Positions 45,062 through 54,773 of a stretch of 64,000 nt of DNA are shown here, piece by piece. The stretch lies in NCBI GenBank assembly GCA_020854115.1, contig JADZGC010000004.1:1665-65664 (forward strand), given 5' to 3'. Every line of letters begins with the position of its first letter. The stretch's first letter is position 1. This DNA comes from a bacterium (lineage in GTDB: Bacteria; Patescibacteriota; Saccharimonadia; CAILAD01; GCA-016700035). A program made the translations under genes and the position numbers. Under the pieces are notes generated by a model. That model searched no databases. It saw nothing but the letters and a program-made list of their open reading frames with translations, and was not told the DNA's origin.

Positions 45062-46177
45062 GTGCGTATCGCCATTGTACATGATTGGCTAACAAACTTA
45101 GGTGGCGCCGAGCGGGTTGTAGCTGCAATGCTAGAAGCGTACCCCCAGGCAGACCTCTATACAAGTGTCTATAATCCAGAGCGCTTAAAGCTCTTTCGGG
45201 ATAAGAGGGTGCATACAACCTTTCTTCAAAACATACCTCTTGCAAAGCAGAAGCATCAGCTTTTTTCGGGTATGAGGCGACTAGCCTTTGAGCAGCTCGA
45301 TATCAAAGGATATGATGTTGTAATTTCTTCTACGACAGCTGAAGCCAAAGGAATTATTACTGATGAGCGGACCCTTCATATATCTTACATAAATACGCCC
45401 ACCCGATATCTATGGAGCCACTATGCAGAGTATCTGGCGCATCCTGGTTTTGGGGTGCTTGATCCGCTCGCTCGCTGGCAGTTGCGACGTACGGTCCAGA
45501 AAGCTAGAAAATGGGACTTTGCGGCAGCACAGAGGCCAGACGTCTTACTCGCTAACTCAAAGCATGTACAGAAAAGGATACAGAAATACTACCAGCGCGA
45601 TAGTCAGGTAGTTTACCCTGTTGTAGATGTCGAACGCTTTATGAAGCGACGGCATCCTCGGCCACGACATGTGCCAGATCGCTATATGTTAGCGGTCAGC
45701 CGTTTAGTGCCATATAAGCGTATCGATATCGCTGTGCAGGCATGTGAGCAGGCCGGCTATCCGCTTATTGTTATTGGTGCTGGCCCGCAACTCAAGAGCC
45801 TGAGAAAGATAGCTGGTCCACAGACGCAATTCCTTGGAGAGGTGAAGGATAGCTTGGTTGAAGCGTACCTCCAGCATGCTAGTGCCTTCCTGTTTCCGGG
45901 CGAAGAAGATTTTGGGATCACGCCGGTCGAGTCATTGGCCTCTGGGACGCCAGTGATTGCATATAGGCGAGGAGGGGCTACCGAGACTGTTGCGGATAGC
46001 GTTGGCGTATTAGTGCGACAGCAAAGTGTGGCCGCATTTGTGCGGGCGATTCAAGAGTACGACGCGACTTGTTATGATGCGGATATATTGCAACTACGTG
46101 CTCAGGAGTTTTCAAGAGAGCGGTTTATTGCAGAGCTACAGCGAGTGGTTAGGGCGAGCCTCGAAAGTGTTGGCTAA
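45062..46177 (+). CDS. Glycosyltransferase family 4 (GT-B, RfaB-like)
   Basis: It starts on GTG as MRIAIVHDWL. The E..E motif EDFGITPVESLASGTPVIA is present. Confidence 0.85.
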   Translation: MRIAIVHDWLTNLGGAERVVAAMLEAYPQADLYTSVYNPERLKLFRDKRVHTTFLQNIPLAKQKHQLFSGMRRLAFEQLDIKGYDVVISSTTAEAKGIITDERTLHISYINTPTRYLWSHYAEYLAHPGFGVLDPLARWQLRRTVQKARKWDFAAAQRPDVLLANSKHVQKRIQKYYQRDSQVVYPVVDVERFMKRRHPRPRHVPDRYMLAVSRLVPYKRIDIAVQACEQAGYPLIVIGAGPQLKSLRKIAGPQTQFLGEVKDSLVEAYLQHASAFLFPGEEDFGITPVESLASGTPVIAYRRGGATETVADSVGVLVRQQSVAAFVRAIQEYDATCYDADILQLRAQEFSRERFIAELQRVVRASLESVG

Positions 46178-47573
46178 TATAAAACGATTTGCTTTACCTA
46201 TATTGATTATTTGTTTTTTTGGGCTGGTTGCCGCCTTGTCACCGCTTAAAGGGTTGTTGATTAGCCGAAATACTGATGATAAAACCACAACATTTATTCG
46301 TGCTATACTTGGTGACAAGGTTAAGCCAAAAACGACCTTACTGCTATTTGCAAATAATAACGCCTTGAGGGTTGGCGGGGGATTTGTAGGGACTATTGGA
46401 GTGCTGCGAGGAGATGGCGATAATATAGCAATTAGGGAGATCCGCAGCGTATATTATTATGATCATCGTCTGGACGATAAGGTGGGTTTTGTAGTGGCGC
46501 CAAATTACATGGGGCGTTTTACAGACTCGCTACGAATCGCCGATAGTCTAAGTGAGCCAATAACTTCACTAAACCTGCAAAGGGCGCACGATGTATACTC
46601 CCGGGTTTCTGGTGAAAAAATCGATAATGTTGTAGAAATAACACCAGATCTACTAAAGAGTATATTGGATATCACTGGACCGATTGAGCTGCGAGAGTAC
46701 AATCTTACAGTCGATTCTACGAATGTATTGAAAACCATACAGCTGGAAGTTGAATCAGGGAAAGATCGTGTTATCGGAAAGGACCCAAAAAGTGTGTTAT
46801 CTGTATTAGCGAACGAGATAATCCAGAGAATTCCTCAGTTATCGTTGCGCGATACAGGAAGGTACTATAGCCTCCTAGGGCGTGTTTCTGCAGGTGAACA
46901 AGCACGAGCTTTACTCAATATCAGTGATCCGAGCAGGTTAGTGGTTACTAATTCTAGAGAGGAGTATATCGGTGCGAAAAATGCCCTGCTCATAACCAGC
47001 TCGAATTTAGATGCAGGTAAAGCAAGTATGAGCATTAAGCAAAATATATCCCTTGACTACTATATTGGTAGCGATGGCAAGGATAGATATTCATTAGATA
47101 TCACTCGTACGCATACTGCGAGTGAGAAACTATCATATGTCGACCCTAGAACGGGCGGGGGGAACGATATAATTGGTACCGATATCTCAGCCATACAGGT
47201 ATATTTGCCTCTTGGCGCACGACCAGTAGATGACAATGAGGCGCCAATAGTGCTAGAGAGTACAAACAGATGGGTGAAATATACCGAGGAGATGCAGCTA
47301 GGGCTACAAGAGACTAAAAATATTTCATTCACCTATACCTTGCAGCGCAGAGAAGAGATCAGTGGGCGTATATCGGGCAGTCAGTGGGTCCTCTATCAGT
47401 TTGGTGCTTCACCACAGCGCGTTAAGGTGCGAATTCATGCACCTGCTGGGTATGTTGTTGCTGATCTGCCTAGTAATGCAACGACTGTTGATAATCGAAT
47501 CATCCAGTTTGACATATTCCAGGAACAACAGGATCTCGAGTTGAAGTATGATTTTAGATCGGAAGCGGAGTAG
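46167..47573 (+). CDS. DUF4012-like membrane-anchored extracellular protein in polysaccharide locus
   Basis: It starts on GTG or TTG, overlapping the GT4 stop. An N-terminal TM helix is followed by a large extracytoplasmic domain (NNALRVGGGFVGTIGVL...). The domain call is tentative. Confidence 0.4.
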   Translation: MLANIKRFALPILIICFFGLVAALSPLKGLLISRNTDDKTTTFIRAILGDKVKPKTTLLLFANNNALRVGGGFVGTIGVLRGDGDNIAIREIRSVYYYDHRLDDKVGFVVAPNYMGRFTDSLRIADSLSEPITSLNLQRAHDVYSRVSGEKIDNVVEITPDLLKSILDITGPIELREYNLTVDSTNVLKTIQLEVESGKDRVIGKDPKSVLSVLANEIIQRIPQLSLRDTGRYYSLLGRVSAGEQARALLNISDPSRLVVTNSREEYIGAKNALLITSSNLDAGKASMSIKQNISLDYYIGSDGKDRYSLDITRTHTASEKLSYVDPRTGGGNDIIGTDISAIQVYLPLGARPVDDNEAPIVLESTNRWVKYTEEMQLGLQETKNISFTYTLQRREEISGRISGSQWVLYQFGASPQRVKVRIHAPAGYVVADLPSNATTVDNRIIQFDIFQEQQDLELKYDFRSEAE

Positions 47574-47586
47574 AGTTTTGCTACGT

Positions 47587-47928
47587 TTATTTCGCGAGTT
47601 TGACGAGTGCTTTGATGGCCTGTGGTTGCTTCACGGCAAGCTCAGCAAGCATCTTACGATTGAGTTTGATGTCTTTTTTGGTTAGGCCAGAAATGAATGT
47701 GCTATAGCTGAGTCCGTGTGGTCGTACGGCTGCATTGATTCGTGTCACCCAGAGTGAACGGAAATCGCGCTTACGATTACGGCGATCACGGTAGCTGTAG
47801 CTAAGTGCCTTCAAGACTGCTTCGTGGCCTTTGCGGTATGATGCGCGGCGTGTATGGCCCATGCCCTTAGTGAGGGCGAGGATCTTCTTATGGCGACGTC
47901 GGGCAGTAACAGATCGTTTTACACGCAT
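47587..47928 (-). CDS. rplT: 50S ribosomal protein L20
   Basis: The N-terminus reads [38 protein letters not shown]. Confidence 0.95.
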   Translation of the reverse strand: MRVKRSVTARRRHKKILALTKGMGHTRRASYRKGHEAVLKALSYSYRDRRNRKRDFRSLWVTRINAAVRPHGLSYSTFISGLTKKDIKLNRKMLAELAVKQPQAIKALVKLAK

Positions 47929-48125
47929 TATGAGGCTCCCAGCATTCGCTTAACGGTCTTTGTTTCGCTTGCGCTCACGGCATGGGATTTGGTGTATCCG
48001 CGCTTTCGATCAGCTGGCTTACCACTCAACTTGTGTGCACGGGTAGCTCGGCGACGCAGTAGCGCACCTGATCCTGTAATCTTGAACCGCTTGCTAGCAG
48101 TCTTGTTGGTCTTTACCTTTGGCAT
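47928..48125 (-). CDS. rpmI: 50S ribosomal protein L35
   Basis: The N-terminus reads [32 protein letters not shown]. Confidence 0.9.
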   Translation of the reverse strand: MPKVKTNKTASKRFKITGSGALLRRRATRAHKLSGKPADRKRGYTKSHAVSASETKTVKRMLGAS

Positions 48126-48636
48126 CTTGTTTCCTTACTACTAATACAGCTGATAATTCGCGCCCATTCAGCGCGGCAGCCTGTTCGATTGTTGCTATCT
48201 CGGAGAGACGATCGCAGAACTTATCGAGTACCATACGACCAAGTTCCGGATGTGTAATCTCGCGTCCACGGAAGCGTACATTGACGCGAACCTTGTGGCC
48301 CTTCTCTAGGAACTTGACGGCAGCACGATGCTTGACGTCGAGGTCGTGAGTATCGGTCTTAAGTCCCAATCGAACCTGTTTAATGTCGAATTGTTTTTGA
48401 TTGCGGCGGTTTTTTTGCTGAGCCTTATCCTGCTCATAGCGAAACTTACCCCAATCTATGATACGAACTACGGGAGGCTTAGCCAGAGGTGAAACTTCAA
48501 CCAGATCAAGTCCGGCTTCTTCTGCAAGTCGTCGAGCCTCTTTGATAGACACTACTCCTACTTGCCGTGCTGAGGCGTCAATTAACCGTACCGGGTCGGC
48601 CGTTATCTGATAATTGACGCGAATTCGCTTGCTAAT
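48094..48636 (-). CDS. infC: Translation initiation factor IF-3 with non-canonical ATT start
   Basis: The conserved N-domain ([47 protein letters not shown]) lies upstream of the first GTG, in a frame that opens right after a TGA. The only plausible start is ATT at 48636-48634, with AGGAG 10 nt upstream. Confidence 0.8.
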   Translation of the reverse strand: MSKRIRVNYQITADPVRLIDASARQVGVVSIKEARRLAEEAGLDLVEVSPLAKPPVVRIIDWGKFRYEQDKAQQKNRRNQKQFDIKQVRLGLKTDTHDLDVKHRAAVKFLEKGHKVRVNVRFRGREITHPELGRMVLDKFCDRLSEIATIEQAAALNGRELSAVLVVRKQDAKGKDQQDC

Positions 48637-48687
48637 ACTCTGGATACTCCTACTCGTTCTCGATCAAGTCTACAAGAAAACTACAGA

Positions 48688-49497
48688 TTAATCAATATCT
48701 TGGGGGGTATTTTTTGCTGTTATGACGCGTAATTTCCAGGGTAGGATTTCGATAGAGAACTGGCGACTAGTCCTTTGGTGCGGATCATTCTCGAAGAGAA
48801 GGCTCGTTTCAGTGTGAATTGTAGCCTTTTTTATGGGGATATGTAGAACATCTTCTTGATCTTGCCGAACATGCATCTGTTCTTTGACGAGTCGAAATAT
48901 CGGTTGTGTGTGCCGCGCTTTTGGTGAGCCTTCATGTAAAATATGAAGCTGCAACAGCGTTCCTGGGTCGCTGTCACTAGATTGAAGTGGGATGAGTCGG
49001 ACGATACTCCCCGGGCAGCGTAGATGATATCGAGAATTACCATTCGTGGCATCAATCGCTAGTGTGGTAGATGCTGTCTGACCGGTAGTGAGTTCAAGCT
49101 GATTGAGGAAGAGGTGGTTGTCGCATGAAAATACCGGCATACGAGTAATTTTACGGGCAGCTATAGTTTGTAGTTCTTGCTTGAATTGGCTCTTTAAGAC
49201 AGTGGCTTGTATTTGTGCAATGGGTATTTTTTGTACTCGAGGGGTGATATGGGCTAGTACTAGGTCATGGTTATTTCTCAAGGTTTCCGAAACCGCACCT
49301 AGAAATCGCGCTTGCCACAACGCATCACCGATAGAGAGTAGTGTGGCGATATGTGTTTGGCTCTGTCGTGTCTCTAATTCCGAAATAGCCACATGCTTTA
49401 CCTGGAGTCGTAAGTCTTGAGCAAAGGCATCAATGAGTTGCACGATTTTTGTGCGATCAGATTGCTGTAATGAGTCTTGAATGGAGTAGACAATCAT
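48688..49497 (-). CDS. Hypothetical protein, possibly a degenerate calcineurin-like metallophosphoesterase fold
   Basis: The spacing of weak motifs (IQDS, SIGD, CDNH, LHILHEG) loosely matches the MPP fold but with non-canonical residues. Its start overlaps the bactofilin gene. Confidence 0.3.
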   Translation of the reverse strand: MIVYSIQDSLQQSDRTKIVQLIDAFAQDLRLQVKHVAISELETRQSQTHIATLLSIGDALWQARFLGAVSETLRNNHDLVLAHITPRVQKIPIAQIQATVLKSQFKQELQTIAARKITRMPVFSCDNHLFLNQLELTTGQTASTTLAIDATNGNSRYHLRCPGSIVRLIPLQSSDSDPGTLLQLHILHEGSPKARHTQPIFRLVKEQMHVRQDQEDVLHIPIKKATIHTETSLLFENDPHQRTSRQFSIEILPWKLRVITAKNTPQDID

Positions 49498-49865
49498 AGC
49501 GGCCCACTACTTCGTGCATCGGTGTGATGAATACGTGCGCTGACGAGTGCACCAGGCTCAATATGGATGCTCGGAGATGAGTACACTCCCTTGATGTTTG
49601 CCGATCTTTTGACCTCCATTGTGTCGCTGGCGGTGTTGTCGCCATTAGTCGCGCCGAAAATAACGAGTGAGCGAGCAGTGATGTCACCTTCAAATGCACC
49701 GTTTTCAGTAATCTCGCAAAAGCCGGCTGTATGAATCGACCCCGATACTGTTGCATCAATTACAACATCATCATTAGATTGGACCGTTACATCACCACGA
49801 ACGAACGAGGAGAGGTATATCCCGGCATGAGTTCGGTAGTCGAAAGGGAGCTTATTTCGAGCCAT
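49494..49865 (-). CDS. Bactofilin family cytoskeletal protein (DUF583)
   Basis: It shows a beta-helical repeat pattern (GDVTVQSNDDVVIDATVSGSIHTAG...GAFEGDITARSLVIFGATNGD). Confidence 0.7.
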   Translation of the reverse strand: MARNKLPFDYRTHAGIYLSSFVRGDVTVQSNDDVVIDATVSGSIHTAGFCEITENGAFEGDITARSLVIFGATNGDNTASDTMEVKRSANIKGVYSSPSIHIEPGALVSARIHHTDARSSGPL

Positions 49866-50340
49866 GCTTCTCCTGGTATGGGTTTTGCTTGAGTGCTTTT
49901 GTTACGGCTGTTGCTTCTTCATCTGAGAGATTGTGTGAACTTTGACCAAGAATGATTTGCTTGGCGTATACGCGTGATCCAGTTCGGGCATGGATACTCG
50001 ATATAACCCAGCCATTTCCTTTGTAATCGAGTACAGCCAGACAAAAACTTTGATCGCCTCCAGTATCGGCGAACGGATTAAATCGTACGAAGCCTATTCT
50101 CGAGTGGCCGTGCTCTGCCAAGCCCTGTAGCTTTTGTGTGCGTTCTTCTAGCTTTGCTAAGCGCTTATTCTGATCTTTTTCTTGATCGGCGTACTGATTC
50201 AGGCGGCTCATGATGCTTCCTTGGGTATCCTTGCTATTGAAGAACTCTCCGAAGTTTCGCTCAATCTTTATGATACGCCATAGCAAGTAAGCGCACAGTC
50301 CAATAAGTCCTACTACAAATGCGATTAGTATTACTTCCAC
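49852..50340 (-). CDS. DUF4446-family membrane-anchored protein
   Basis: An N-terminal TM helix and coiled coil are followed by a conserved C-terminus (VGFVRFNPFADTGGDQSFCLAVLDYKGNGWVISSIHARTGSRVYAK). It starts on GTG with SD GGAGG. Confidence 0.55.
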   Translation of the reverse strand: MEVILIAFVVGLIGLCAYLLWRIIKIERNFGEFFNSKDTQGSIMSRLNQYADQEKDQNKRLAKLEERTQKLQGLAEHGHSRIGFVRFNPFADTGGDQSFCLAVLDYKGNGWVISSIHARTGSRVYAKQIILGQSSHNLSDEEATAVTKALKQNPYQEKHGSK

Positions 50341-50386
50341 CTCATACCTCCGTTGACTGCTTATTATAGCCCCTTCGAGAAAACAT

Positions 50387-50414
50387 TGGCAATTCGTTGA
50401 GCTTCAGATACAAT
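50387..50414 (+). promoter_or_regulatory. Promoter TTGAGC-16-TACAAT giving a leaderless transcript for the 50425 gene
   Basis: -10 lies at 50409-50414, 10 nt before the ATG, with no SD. Confidence 0.35.
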
Positions 50415-50424
50415 TGCTTTTGAT

Positions 50425-50772
50425 ATGGCTAATAGAAAAAAGCATCTGAAATATCGAGCTAGTAAAACGAGTGAGACGCCTCGTAATCCAGGGAAATTAG
50501 CGCCGAGTAATTCGATGGAAAGCAGTCAGGATGAGGTCGCGCACAAGAAAATGGCGACTAAGAAGGGTGCCTCAGCGGCTGTTAAGCAGAAGAAAGCTGT
50601 TCCACAAAAATATTCGGCACTTACTCCTCATGAGGCAGGAGTGGTACGCAAAGAACTATTGCATCTCATGATAGCTGCAGCAGGATTGGCTGTACTTTAT
50701 GCGGTGCTATGGGGGGTGCTTACCAGGACTGGGCTTGAATCTTACTTAACGGAACTTATCAAGCTACAGTAG
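50425..50772 (+). CDS. Small basic membrane protein (hypothetical)
   Basis: 115 aa with a Lys-rich N-terminus and one C-terminal TM helix. Confidence 0.4.
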   Translation: MANRKKHLKYRASKTSETPRNPGKLAPSNSMESSQDEVAHKKMATKKGASAAVKQKKAVPQKYSALTPHEAGVVRKELLHLMIAAAGLAVLYAVLWGVLTRTGLESYLTELIKLQ

Positions 50773-52324
50773 CGGCTGCTTGGGTATTGTCAACTTTATA
50801 CCCATGAGAGTTATCGATATCGGTTCGTTTATATTGTAGCGCTTCAGCTAAATGACTTCTTTTGATGATATTACTGTCCTCAAGGTCCGCTATTGTGCGC
50901 GCGACACGTTGGATACGTTGAACGGCCCGTTGAGTAAGCCCTAGATTTGACTGAGCAAGTGCTAAGAGCTGGATTGCGCTGTCTTCTAGCCCGATAAAGC
51001 GGTCTATGTCATCAAAGCGAATGTCACTATTGTGGAGATATGCTGTTTCTCTGTAGCGCGTTGCTTGGCGAGTGCGTGCAGTGGATATTTGTTCTCTCGG
51101 ATCTATAGGTGAGTCAGCTAATGATGTATTAATTACATCGTTTTCCGCTTCGAGATATACAATGATGTCAAAACGATCGAGTAGTGGGCCGGATATACGT
51201 TTCTGATAACTCTGTATGCGCTGTATTGTGCAGTTGCACGGGCGACTATTCGATCCTGTATAGCCGCAAGGGCAGGGGTTCATGGCCGCTATGAGCAGAG
51301 TGTTTGCCGGATAGCTTGCGGTCATGGCGGCTCGGGCAATTGTGACCTCGCGATTCTCGAGTGGCTGTCTCAAGGTCTCAAGGCTGCTGCGTGAGAATTC
51401 AGGCAATTCGTCGAGAAAGAGTACTCCGCGATGAGCCAAGCTAATCTCTCCGGGCCGAGGTCTAGACCCGCCACCAATCAATGCGTGCTCACTGGCGTTG
51501 TGGTGCGGAGCTCGAAAAGGTCGCGCTCCGAACGGCATGGGTGGCTTGACGCCCGCTAAAGAGTGGATGTAGTATATTTCCTTCGTTTCCTCTAGGGTTG
51601 CAGTGGGCATGAGCGACGGTAGGCTGTGAGCAAGCAAAGTTTTGCCCACTCCAGGAGGCCCAATCATTAAGATATTGTGATTGCCAGCAGCAGCGATCTG
51701 CAAGGCGCGCTTTGCCATTACTTGACCGCGGATGTGCGCAAGTGGGTTTGACTTACTCGAAATCATTCCTGCATATGCAAGCTTATCTACGCTACCATGC
51801 CACGCCATAAGCGTTTTTTCATCAAGAAAATGAAGATACAGTTCTCGCAAATTCGCCGGCCGTAATATCTCTAGGTTGTCAATTTTTGGAATATCTAATT
51901 GTGTATGTGGATCTATCACAATCGTTCGAAATCCTGCACGACTAGCACTTAAGACAGAGGCAATAGATTCGTGCGTTGGTCGCAGCGAACCATCAAGGGC
52001 TAGCTCGGCCATGAAGCAAATGTCCTTTGAGAGGGCGGGGAGCTGTTTGGTTGCTACGAGGATCCCCATGGCGAGCGCAAGATCACAATTAATGCCAGTC
52101 TTTGCTACATCGGCTGGCGCTAAGTTAATAGTTACCTTACGCGGCGGAAATTCGAGCCCGCTATTTCGAATCGCGCTGCGAATGCGCTCTCGTGATTCCT
52201 CGATCGCTTTACTCGGTAGGCCAACAATCGTAATTCCTGGTAGGCCGGCAAACACATCTGTTTCAATAGTAATTGGATGTGGTTGTGCGCCGTGGTGGGC
52301 GAGTGTATAGGTTTGTGCGATCAT
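50759..52324 (-). CDS. comM: YifB/ComM family Mg-chelatase-like AAA+ ATPase
   Basis: It has an N-terminal Lon-like domain, an AAA+ core (ILMIGPPGVGKT) and a C-terminal domain. The real start is MIAQTYT, with SD AAGGGGGT. Confidence 0.9.
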   Translation of the reverse strand: MIAQTYTLAHHGAQPHPITIETDVFAGLPGITIVGLPSKAIEESRERIRSAIRNSGLEFPPRKVTINLAPADVAKTGINCDLALAMGILVATKQLPALSKDICFMAELALDGSLRPTHESIASVLSASRAGFRTIVIDPHTQLDIPKIDNLEILRPANLRELYLHFLDEKTLMAWHGSVDKLAYAGMISSKSNPLAHIRGQVMAKRALQIAAAGNHNILMIGPPGVGKTLLAHSLPSLMPTATLEETKEIYYIHSLAGVKPPMPFGARPFRAPHHNASEHALIGGGSRPRPGEISLAHRGVLFLDELPEFSRSSLETLRQPLENREVTIARAAMTASYPANTLLIAAMNPCPCGYTGSNSRPCNCTIQRIQSYQKRISGPLLDRFDIIVYLEAENDVINTSLADSPIDPREQISTARTRQATRYRETAYLHNSDIRFDDIDRFIGLEDSAIQLLALAQSNLGLTQRAVQRIQRVARTIADLEDSNIIKRSHLAEALQYKRTDIDNSHGYKVDNTQAAATVA

Positions 52325-52381
52325 GAGTACCCCCTTTGAAAGCACTATAGCGTACAAAAATCGAACAAACAAGCATAATCA

Positions 52382-53488
52382 TTATTTGGCTGGGTTTTGC
52401 TGCCTATACCATCGTGCAGCGGATTCAGGAGGTATGACATTGACGATCATACCGGTACCAACCTCTAGGCCACCCCAAGGAGATACTACATTGCGCCCAC
52501 ATATTTTGAGCGTGAGTCTTTGATTCGGATGGATGCCTTGATCAACGATGAGGTTATAACTTATAGAAGTGTCCGTCAGTGCCTTTGTAATCGGCGCAAG
52601 TATCTCGGCTGCGCTTGAGAGTAGCTGGTTATCGCAGTCATCGAGTATACTTATTGCTCGTTTTGGTAAAAGCCAGGTCTCCATTTGCCACTGTGATGCA
52701 TATGGACAGAATGCGATCCAGTCCTCATTTTCGGCAATAAGTCGTTTGTTTTCCTGCTTCTCGAACAAAATAATGGCTTCAAATGGATCGCGCTGGTATT
52801 TGTCATAGTAATTTGCGCAGGCTTCGGCTTCGCGGATAATGTTTGGCGGTACAATCGGGAGCGCAATTATCTGACTGTGTGCGTGCGCCAATGATGCCCC
52901 GGCTTCATAGCCGTCATTGCGGAAGATCGAAACGTAGGCGATGTGCCTATTGTGCTTGATATCGCGACTACGCTCTCGATAGGCCTGCAAGACTACGCCT
53001 ACCTGTGTGCTGTCGAGCCTGCCGAATGGCACATTTGAGAGTGGGGTATCGATCACGAGTTCTTGTTTGCCATACGCGTGCGGGTTATCAAGTGTGAGGG
53101 CTGGGTATTTGTTCTCGACAACCTTTACATCCCACGGTATATTGCCCGATTTTGACGGTATTTCTAGTACTGAGGTTTGTAGGTCTAAGCGAGGAGAATC
53201 GGCCGACTCGACCATTGGATGGTCATGGCTTGCAGCGTCATACGGTCTGTTTTTACGCTTGGGGGCAACTAATACATAATATTCGTGGAGATAATCACGG
53301 CGTATTTCTGTGATTGCCTCAGAGACATCGAGATCAAGTTTGGCTGCGGGGTGGGTGTCAGGAAGCTGCATAGCAAGCCCTGGCTGGCTGTCAGCAGAAT
53401 CGTGTGACCCAGTCTGTGGCTGATCATTGAGTGCTTCGCTATGGTGCCCATGATGCACATCGCTCGCGGGAATATGTAGACGTTCCAT
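52382..53488 (-). CDS. galT: Galactose-1-phosphate uridylyltransferase-like HIT-superfamily nucleotidyltransferase
   Basis: It has a GalT-type HxHxQ active site (ASLAHAHSQIIALP). The N-terminal ~40 aa are low-complexity and the start is uncertain. Confidence 0.7.
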   Translation of the reverse strand: MERLHIPASDVHHGHHSEALNDQPQTGSHDSADSQPGLAMQLPDTHPAAKLDLDVSEAITEIRRDYLHEYYVLVAPKRKNRPYDAASHDHPMVESADSPRLDLQTSVLEIPSKSGNIPWDVKVVENKYPALTLDNPHAYGKQELVIDTPLSNVPFGRLDSTQVGVVLQAYRERSRDIKHNRHIAYVSIFRNDGYEAGASLAHAHSQIIALPIVPPNIIREAEACANYYDKYQRDPFEAIILFEKQENKRLIAENEDWIAFCPYASQWQMETWLLPKRAISILDDCDNQLLSSAAEILAPITKALTDTSISYNLIVDQGIHPNQRLTLKICGRNVVSPWGGLEVGTGMIVNVIPPESAARWYRQQNPAK

Positions 53489-53540
53489 AGCTCTATACTA
53501 CCCGATAGCACAAGAAAACGTAAGCACTATTAGGCTGTCT

Positions 53541-54671
53541 TTATTGGTGCGAGTCTAGGCGACCCCTGAGGTATCGCAGGATGTGCAATGACGCATCGGG
53601 CCGCGCAACTTTTTCGAGGCGAGATACGTATTTATTGGCATCAGTAAGTATTGAAATGGCTGCACTGGCGATGTCTCGGGGCTTGTCAGCGACTACTCCG
53701 AGCTTAAAGCGCTCGACGAGCTCTGCATTGCCTTCTTCTTGCCCTGGGATTACTTTATTGATGATCATTGGCTTCTTTGCGGCAATACACTCCATCACGG
53801 TCGACCCGCCAGCTTTAGTAATGACGAGTGCTGAGTTCTTGATGAGCTCGTAGAGTTTGTCCGTCCAGCCAATGAGTCGAAAATTTTCAGGTAGTATGAA
53901 TGCGTCATCGCTGAGCGCGTCATGTAGATCTTCATCTCGACCGGTCACGAGTACAAACGTTACATCGCGAATAGGGGCTAGGGCCCGTACCAGACGCTTG
54001 ACGTAACCAGCTCGTAATGACGAAGCGCTTATGGTAATGATTTGATCTGATTTTTTGATGTCCAGTTCTTTAAAAATACTTGTGTCGGCGGGGCGCGTGA
54101 AGGCTTCGTGTACTGGGTAGCCGAGCGGGAAGATTTTCTTGTTTGCAACGCCAAGCTTGTGGAGGCTCGCAGCAGTTGGCTCATTGGCGACGAGGTAAAA
54201 ATCGCTATCTGGTTGAGTCCATGCGGTATGTACGGAGATTGAGTCGGTGATGAGCGTTGCAAATTCTACGTCAAAATATTCTTTTGTAATCGAATAGGCG
54301 ATGTATTGCCAGATCGGATAGTTAGAAATGACCAGTGCTGGGTCATGATCGGCAATGAGGTTGACGAGGGCCTTGCGGCGGATAGGATAGTTGAGTGCAT
54401 TGATAAGTCGAATCGGAAGATGGCTCTTGTCGGTAGAGGTGTAGATCCATTTATGTATGAGCGGGGTATGCTTGGCGTTGATCTCGTATATTCGTTTAGA
54501 TGCAGTATTGAAGATACTACTTACTTCGTCACTAAAATCTACCACTTCAATTTTGAAGTTGAGCTCAGGGTGAGATTCTGCTGCAGACTTCAGGGCTCGC
54601 GCGGTTGCCATATGTCCCTGTCCGAAATTTGATGACAAGATCAAAATAGTATCAGGAGTGTGTTTTTTCAT
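53541..54671 (-). CDS. GT28 MGDG-synthase/UgtP-like diacylglycerol glycosyltransferase
   Basis: The N-terminus LILSSNFGQGHMATARAL and the C-terminal GT-B domain are typical of monoglycosyl-DAG synthases. Confidence 0.8.
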   Translation of the reverse strand: MKKHTPDTILILSSNFGQGHMATARALKSAAESHPELNFKIEVVDFSDEVSSIFNTASKRIYEINAKHTPLIHKWIYTSTDKSHLPIRLINALNYPIRRKALVNLIADHDPALVISNYPIWQYIAYSITKEYFDVEFATLITDSISVHTAWTQPDSDFYLVANEPTAASLHKLGVANKKIFPLGYPVHEAFTRPADTSIFKELDIKKSDQIITISASSLRAGYVKRLVRALAPIRDVTFVLVTGRDEDLHDALSDDAFILPENFRLIGWTDKLYELIKNSALVITKAGGSTVMECIAAKKPMIINKVIPGQEEGNAELVERFKLGVVADKPRDIASAAISILTDANKYVSRLEKVARPDASLHILRYLRGRLDSHQ

Positions 54672-54773
54672 AATTGATTAAGTTAGCCTTCCCAAATATT
54701 CTACCTGGATGCGAGCGATTGGCCTAGTGTTGATCTAGAAATATATCTCAAAAAATGCTATTATAATGCTCTC

